A stretch of DNA of 50,127 bases from a virus (Duplodnaviria; Caudoviricetes), in IMG/VR virus record IMGVR_UViG_3300020045_020734, positions 1 to 50,127 of that record. One strand, given 5' to 3'. The position numbers and the translations under genes were made by a program. Positions 46,173 through 50,127 of this stretch are shown here, piece by piece. The number at the start of each line of letters is the position of its first letter. Within the stretch, counting starts at the first letter, position 1. The notes under the pieces are model-generated. The model searched no databases and was not told the origin of the DNA. It saw only the letters and a program-made list of their open reading frames with translations.

Positions 46173-46297
46173 AAATATATTTCTTCCATAAAGTTTTCAA
46201 ATGGAAAAAAGATTTGGTGGAAGGAACATACTGAATTTATGATAGCTAAGAAGTTGAATTAAAAATCTAAATAAATACTTTCATACATAACAATATT

Positions 46298-46633
46298 ATG
46301 GATTATAACAAAAAAATCTCCATCACTGTAAACAGTGTTGATGTTTTACAAGATGATAAAAAATTAATAAGTGGTGAATATATAAATGACCTTGATGAGT
46401 TAGTTTTAATATCATTTACCGTTGGAAAGCGTTTCAATATCAAAAAGAATCATATTTTGAAAGGAGAATTTAAAAAGTTTTCTGAAGTTGACTATCCACT
46501 TCCTATTGCATTAGGGGTAGTTCAAAATGACGAAGTACATAAAACACCATTCCAATGTATGTTACAAGAAACTGTAATTGCAGGCAAAAAAGTTGAATAT
46601 TTTACTGAGGAAGATTTAGATTTGCTTGGTTGA
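46298..46633 (+). CDS. Hypothetical protein
   Basis: 111 aa, AT-rich. Confidence 0.55.
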   Translation: MDYNKKISITVNSVDVLQDDKKLISGEYINDLDELVLISFTVGKRFNIKKNHILKGEFKKFSEVDYPLPIALGVVQNDEVHKTPFQCMLQETVIAGKKVEYFTEEDLDLLG

Positions 46634-46881
46634 ATTTAAGATTTAAATATTCTATAAAAAATGAAGATACTTAATAATAGAGTTCCGAGAAAGGTAAAGA
46701 AGCATTTTAGGGAGTTATTCCTATTATTAGAAATTGACAATAAAAATCATCAGCAATTGAATATAATGGTCAAAAAAATAAAAATTTATTGTCATTATTT
46801 ATCAAGGCAGAGGAATAGACTTGTAGTTGTTGTGAAATGAAATGGAAGATTGTGGCGACACGTTAATTTTAATATTAAAAT

Positions 46882-47301
46882 ATGAATTTCAAAATTGATG
46901 ATGCTTTTAATCTCGTTTACAGTAGGGATTTGTTATTGAAGAAATTAAAATTACAGTTTTGGCAATTTTATCAAATTCCGATAATGAATACTGAAGTGAC
47001 GTTTTATGTTTACTATATCAACCAATGCACCATAAAGTTTAGATTTCGGCAAAAGATTGATTCAAGATATAGAAACGTAAACAGAGCTTTATTGGATAGT
47101 GATGCTGTAATTTGGGAACTCGTAATTATTGATAGGGTAGAGGAATGTTTGTATGAATATGAAGAATTGGACGAGAGTTCATTTGCAACTGGATTAGATT
47201 TGAGTTGTAGTTCAGATGAGTTTAAGCGTAATTTAGTTTTTTCAGAAGTGGATAAAGCGAATAAAAGTATTGTTAGATTTTCTAAATATGAAGAAGAATA
47301 G
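46882..47301 (+). CDS. Hypothetical protein
   Basis: 139 aa, AT-rich. Confidence 0.55.
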   Translation: MNFKIDDAFNLVYSRDLLLKKLKLQFWQFYQIPIMNTEVTFYVYYINQCTIKFRFRQKIDSRYRNVNRALLDSDAVIWELVIIDRVEECLYEYEELDESSFATGLDLSCSSDEFKRNLVFSEVDKANKSIVRFSKYEEE

Positions 47302-47710
47302 GCTACCCCGAAAACTTAAAAAGAGATTGAAGAAGAAAGGAGCTACTATTGAACTGGTTTCTTCCATCGCTTCACAATCGATTAAAACTATAATTGATTT
47401 CGCAAAACAGTTTGCTAAATCAATTATAGTTACACCTATTTCCAAAGGTATAATTGCTAAATGTATTGAACTTGATATAAGGGAGAGAGAAAGAATTATT
47501 AGGAATGAAATTGTAAGACCTCCATTAGAAGAAGTAGTAATTGATAGACCAATTAGAGGCTTCAATATATCGCATTATATTGAAGAAGATTACCCAAGAT
47601 TTGACCATGCGGCTGACGCTATGAATTACGCAATGATGGCTATGTTTAAAGATAATAGCTATGGGATACGTCAACCATCATTATTAGTAAAAAGTACACT
47701 TGAATCATAA
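47288..47710 (+). CDS. Hypothetical protein with an RLPRKLKK N-terminus
   Basis: Start likely MKKNRLPRK; contains DHAADAMNYA. Confidence 0.55.
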   Translation: MKKNRLPRKLKKRLKKKGATIELVSSIASQSIKTIIDFAKQFAKSIIVTPISKGIIAKCIELDIRERERIIRNEIVRPPLEEVVIDRPIRGFNISHYIEEDYPRFDHAADAMNYAMMAMFKDNSYGIRQPSLLVKSTLES

Positions 47711-47722
47711 ATATTCCATATA

Positions 47723-47850
47723 TACGAAAGAGTGGATAGTAAAAGACTGCGGATTATTCGCTGAATGACAGTAAAGTTAGTTTGGCAAATTGGATTTTGA
47801 ATTACCGACAAATCCTCTAAGAATGTTGCTTTACCAGTCTTATCCACGTA
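47723..47850 (+). ncRNA. Candidate structured non-coding RNA
   Basis: Nested complementary segments forming a three-way junction, followed by a terminator. Confidence 0.4.
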
Positions 47851-47868
47851 CCAAAACGGTTAGCGGCC

Positions 47869-47900
47869 ACCCCGTAAGGAGAAATTCTTACGGGGTTTTT
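47869..47900 (+). terminator. Intrinsic terminator
   Basis: ACCCCGTAAGGA-GAAA-TTCTTACGGGGT then T run. Confidence 0.85.
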
Positions 47901-47981
47901 GATTTATAGGGGATTGCCAAATTTTCTGCGGCTGCCTGCCATATTAGCATGGGTTCTGTTTCTGTTACTTGATATTTTGGG

Positions 47982-48005
47982 AGAATTTTACAGAGTTCAA
48001 ACAAT
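47982..48005 (+). repeat. 24-nt direct repeat (copy 2 at 49561-49584), probable duplicated promoter
   Basis: AGAATTTTACAGAGTTCAAACAAT; CTTGA starts 14 nt upstream of both copies. Confidence 0.8.
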
Positions 48006-48030
48006 ATAACAACATAACAAAAAAGACAAC

Positions 48031-48702
48031 ATGAAACATTTATCACAATTTATCGACCGCACAAAAGGAACAGAGCAAGATTATAAAAAATGGGCTACTG
48101 AGTGTGGCATTAAAGCTTCTCATTCATTTAAGGATAGACAGTTAGGTGAAAAGTTTATGGTTAACTCATTGTCTGAATTTAAAACGTGGGAAGCTTTAGA
48201 TTTAGAAGGTTGTTCATCATGGAAGAAGGTACACAACAAAATTTTGGATGAATGTGAAAATCCTGCTGATTTAGCTGCGTGTTATTTAGAACTGCTAAAT
48301 GATGCAAAATCGGATTACTCAAAAGCGGGATTTTTGAATGATAACCTTTCGCCTTTTCCAAGAACTTCATTTATCCAATTTGGCGATAAAAATTGGATTT
48401 CGGACGTTTCAGCGGCTTGGTTTCAGAATGATGGGGTATCTCTTGATGTTCAGGCTCAGGAACTTTCAGGAATGTTTGGGAAAGAGATTTCAATTGATGA
48501 CATCATTTGTTTTGTAAGAGATTTTAGAAAAGGAAAGTATAAAAGTGCTTATCAGATTTATGTAAAGCGATACGAAGAACGTTGGTTGGAATGGTGTGGA
48601 TTTAAAATTACTAAAAAATATGCGGAACACTTGACTGAAATTTTGGATGGCGTAGTTGAAGCGGTTGTTTTAGTAGCTGTAACTGAAGATGTACCATTTT
48701 AA
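48031..48702 (+). CDS. Hypothetical protein ending DVPF
   Basis: 223 aa; SLDVQAQELS motif. Confidence 0.65.
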   Translation: MKHLSQFIDRTKGTEQDYKKWATECGIKASHSFKDRQLGEKFMVNSLSEFKTWEALDLEGCSSWKKVHNKILDECENPADLAACYLELLNDAKSDYSKAGFLNDNLSPFPRTSFIQFGDKNWISDVSAAWFQNDGVSLDVQAQELSGMFGKEISIDDIICFVRDFRKGKYKSAYQIYVKRYEERWLEWCGFKITKKYAEHLTEILDGVVEAVVLVAVTEDVPF

Positions 48703-49502
48703 TGGCAAAGACGGTAGATGTGCCATTGGAGCTGAGAGCCTTCAATGACGTTTTTGAAAAATTGGGTGGTTATAGATGGGATGAAGCAAAAGTATTTCAC
48801 GACCTCTGCGATTATATAATAGCTTGCTTTTTAACGACTGGTGATAAAGATTGTGCTGAAAAATTGAAGAAAGAATATGGGACTGAATATCCCATATTCC
48901 ACGAAATGTTTAGAGAATTGTTGTTGGCACAAGAAAAGGTTTTGAAAAGAAAACTTTGGTATGATGGACTTGGAACTTATTATGAAATCATCAAGAGTAA
49001 ATCAAAATCAAGTGCATTAGGTCAATTTTTTACACCTGAAACAATTGTCGATTTTATGACTGAGATTCAGTTAGATGAAAAGAATTTACCAAAAGGGAAA
49101 AAGGTAAATGACCCAGCAAGTGGTTCAGGCAGGTTTTTGATTGCATTTCATGCTAATGCTCCTGGTAATTATCAGTATGGTTGTGATATTGATAGTATTT
49201 GTGCAAAAATGACAGCTATAAATATGTGCATATCTGGCTGCGTTGGACAGGCTATTTGTGGGGATGCTTTAATGTTAGGGGATAGTTACAGGTTTGGCTT
49301 TGAGGTGAATAGATACCTTACCTATCATCATTTCCCGAGTTTGGAAAGGATTAGTAAAGAAGAAAGTTTTGAATTTGGTTTCTATAAAAATGCGATACTT
49401 GAGAAGCAAGTTAAAGTAGAGCCTGAAAGAATTAATGGTGATTTTGTTCCTGCAACTAACGAAATAATTATTGATAAAAAGGGGCAATTTTCAATGTTTT
49501 AA
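48702..49502 (+). CDS. N-6 DNA methylase family protein
   Basis: GQFFTP, DPASGSGRFL and GCDID motifs; no NPPF catalytic motif seen after GDAL. Confidence 0.8.
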   Translation: MAKTVDVPLELRAFNDVFEKLGGYRWDEAKVFHDLCDYIIACFLTTGDKDCAEKLKKEYGTEYPIFHEMFRELLLAQEKVLKRKLWYDGLGTYYEIIKSKSKSSALGQFFTPETIVDFMTEIQLDEKNLPKGKKVNDPASGSGRFLIAFHANAPGNYQYGCDIDSICAKMTAINMCISGCVGQAICGDALMLGDSYRFGFEVNRYLTYHHFPSLERISKEESFEFGFYKNAILEKQVKVEPERINGDFVPATNEIIIDKKGQFSMF

Positions 49503-49597
49503 AGCAATAAAAAAGCTAAAATATATATGATTTTTGGCTTTTTTATCTTGAAAAAAACGAAGAATTTTACAGAGTTCAAACAATTAAATACTTAAAA

Positions 49598-49756
49598 ATG
49601 AGCAAGTTAAAAAAACGTAAAATGACAGTAATTGAAAAGCGATTATTGCAAGAATTGGTGGTTTCGCAAGAAGTGAAATTAGGATGCCAAAAGCATGAAA
49701 ACTTGGGGTTTTCGGATACTCCATTATTTAGCGTAAAGCAATCCGAACTATTTTAA
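49598..49756 (+). CDS. 52-aa basic protein ending QSELF (absent from the ORF track)
   Basis: Directly downstream of the second promoter repeat. Confidence 0.55.
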   Translation: MSKLKKRKMTVIEKRLLQELVVSQEVKLGCQKHENLGFSDTPLFSVKQSELF

Positions 49757-49831
49757 AGTAAAAAAGGCAGAATCGTGGGGATTCTGCCTTAATCTTTCAG
49801 TGATGTTCAAACAACAAAAAGACAAGGGCAA

Positions 49832-50014
49832 ATGTACAAAAAAAGAGAATTGAAAGTGTCATACACTTGGCAAAATAAAAAGTGTATTCCATCAATTAAC
49901 CTATCGGGTGGATGGATTCGGAATTTAGGTTTTGAGATTGGCGATACTGTCAATGTTGAAATGACAGGTAATCGTTTAGTGATTGAAAATGTAAATAAAC
50001 AAGGCAATGAGTAA
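49832..50014 (+). CDS. SymE family (AbrB-fold) protein
   Basis: PSINLSGGWIRNLGFEIGDTVNV motif. Confidence 0.8.
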   Translation: MYKKRELKVSYTWQNKKCIPSINLSGGWIRNLGFEIGDTVNVEMTGNRLVIENVNKQGNE

Positions 50015-50127
50015 GTATCAGATTGTTACGAATAAGGGGTATAATGGGTCGGAGGTAATATCTGCATTACAAAAGTGTATCCGCCGAGGGATGGAGCAGG
50101 AGGCTTTGTTTTGGGCCATAGAGTTGT
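50007..50127 (+). CDS. Truncated RarA/MgsA C-terminal-like protein
   Basis: Translation MSKYQIVTNKGYNGSEVISALQKCIRRGMEQEALFWAIEL; ISALQKCIRRG resembles the RarA ISAxxKSxRG motif; runs off the window. Confidence 0.6.
   Translation, partial: MSKYQIVTNKGYNGSEVISALQKCIRRGMEQEALFWAIEL

Overview
A nearly complete genome of a temperate tailed phage (siphovirus-like) with a Bacteroidota host. The host call rests on TAnnTTTG-type -7 promoters, A-rich leaders without Shine-Dalgarno sites, signal peptides ending in Q and an Hc1-like histone. The genome appears to be in excised (attP) form: a tyrosine integrase and a tRNA-3'-end attachment core with arm repeats lie mid-window, between the tape measure gene and the immunity region. 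Gene order: portal, adaptor, lysis and tail genes (0.3-19 kb); integrase, attP, morons and a cI/cro switch (19-23 kb); early and replication genes with a primase-helicase, plus a candidate iteron origin (23-36.4 kb); a candidate late activator, a fibre module, S49 protease, scaffold, capsid and tail tube (36.5-43 kb); then ParB with a TAGT/GREB1-like glycosyltransferase, an N6 methylase, SymE and a truncated RarA/MgsA-C-like gene. No terminase is present; it probably lies beyond the window end. The main observations are: (1) six copies of an exactly spaced GTCCTA-N21-nAnnTTTG late promoter; (2) two paralogous modules of a tube-like adaptor plus a fibre, with some virion proteins carrying export or membrane leaders and a shared TTCTAC leader motif; (3) five consecutive gene junctions carrying a near-identical strong Shine-Dalgarno linker in a lineage that mostly avoids SD; (4) a C4/CI-like structured RNA with its own downstream target; (5) a ParB-glycosyltransferase locus with no TET partner in the window. 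The first 147 nt look like a chimeric contig end. All protein family calls come from motif recognition by eye, not database searches.
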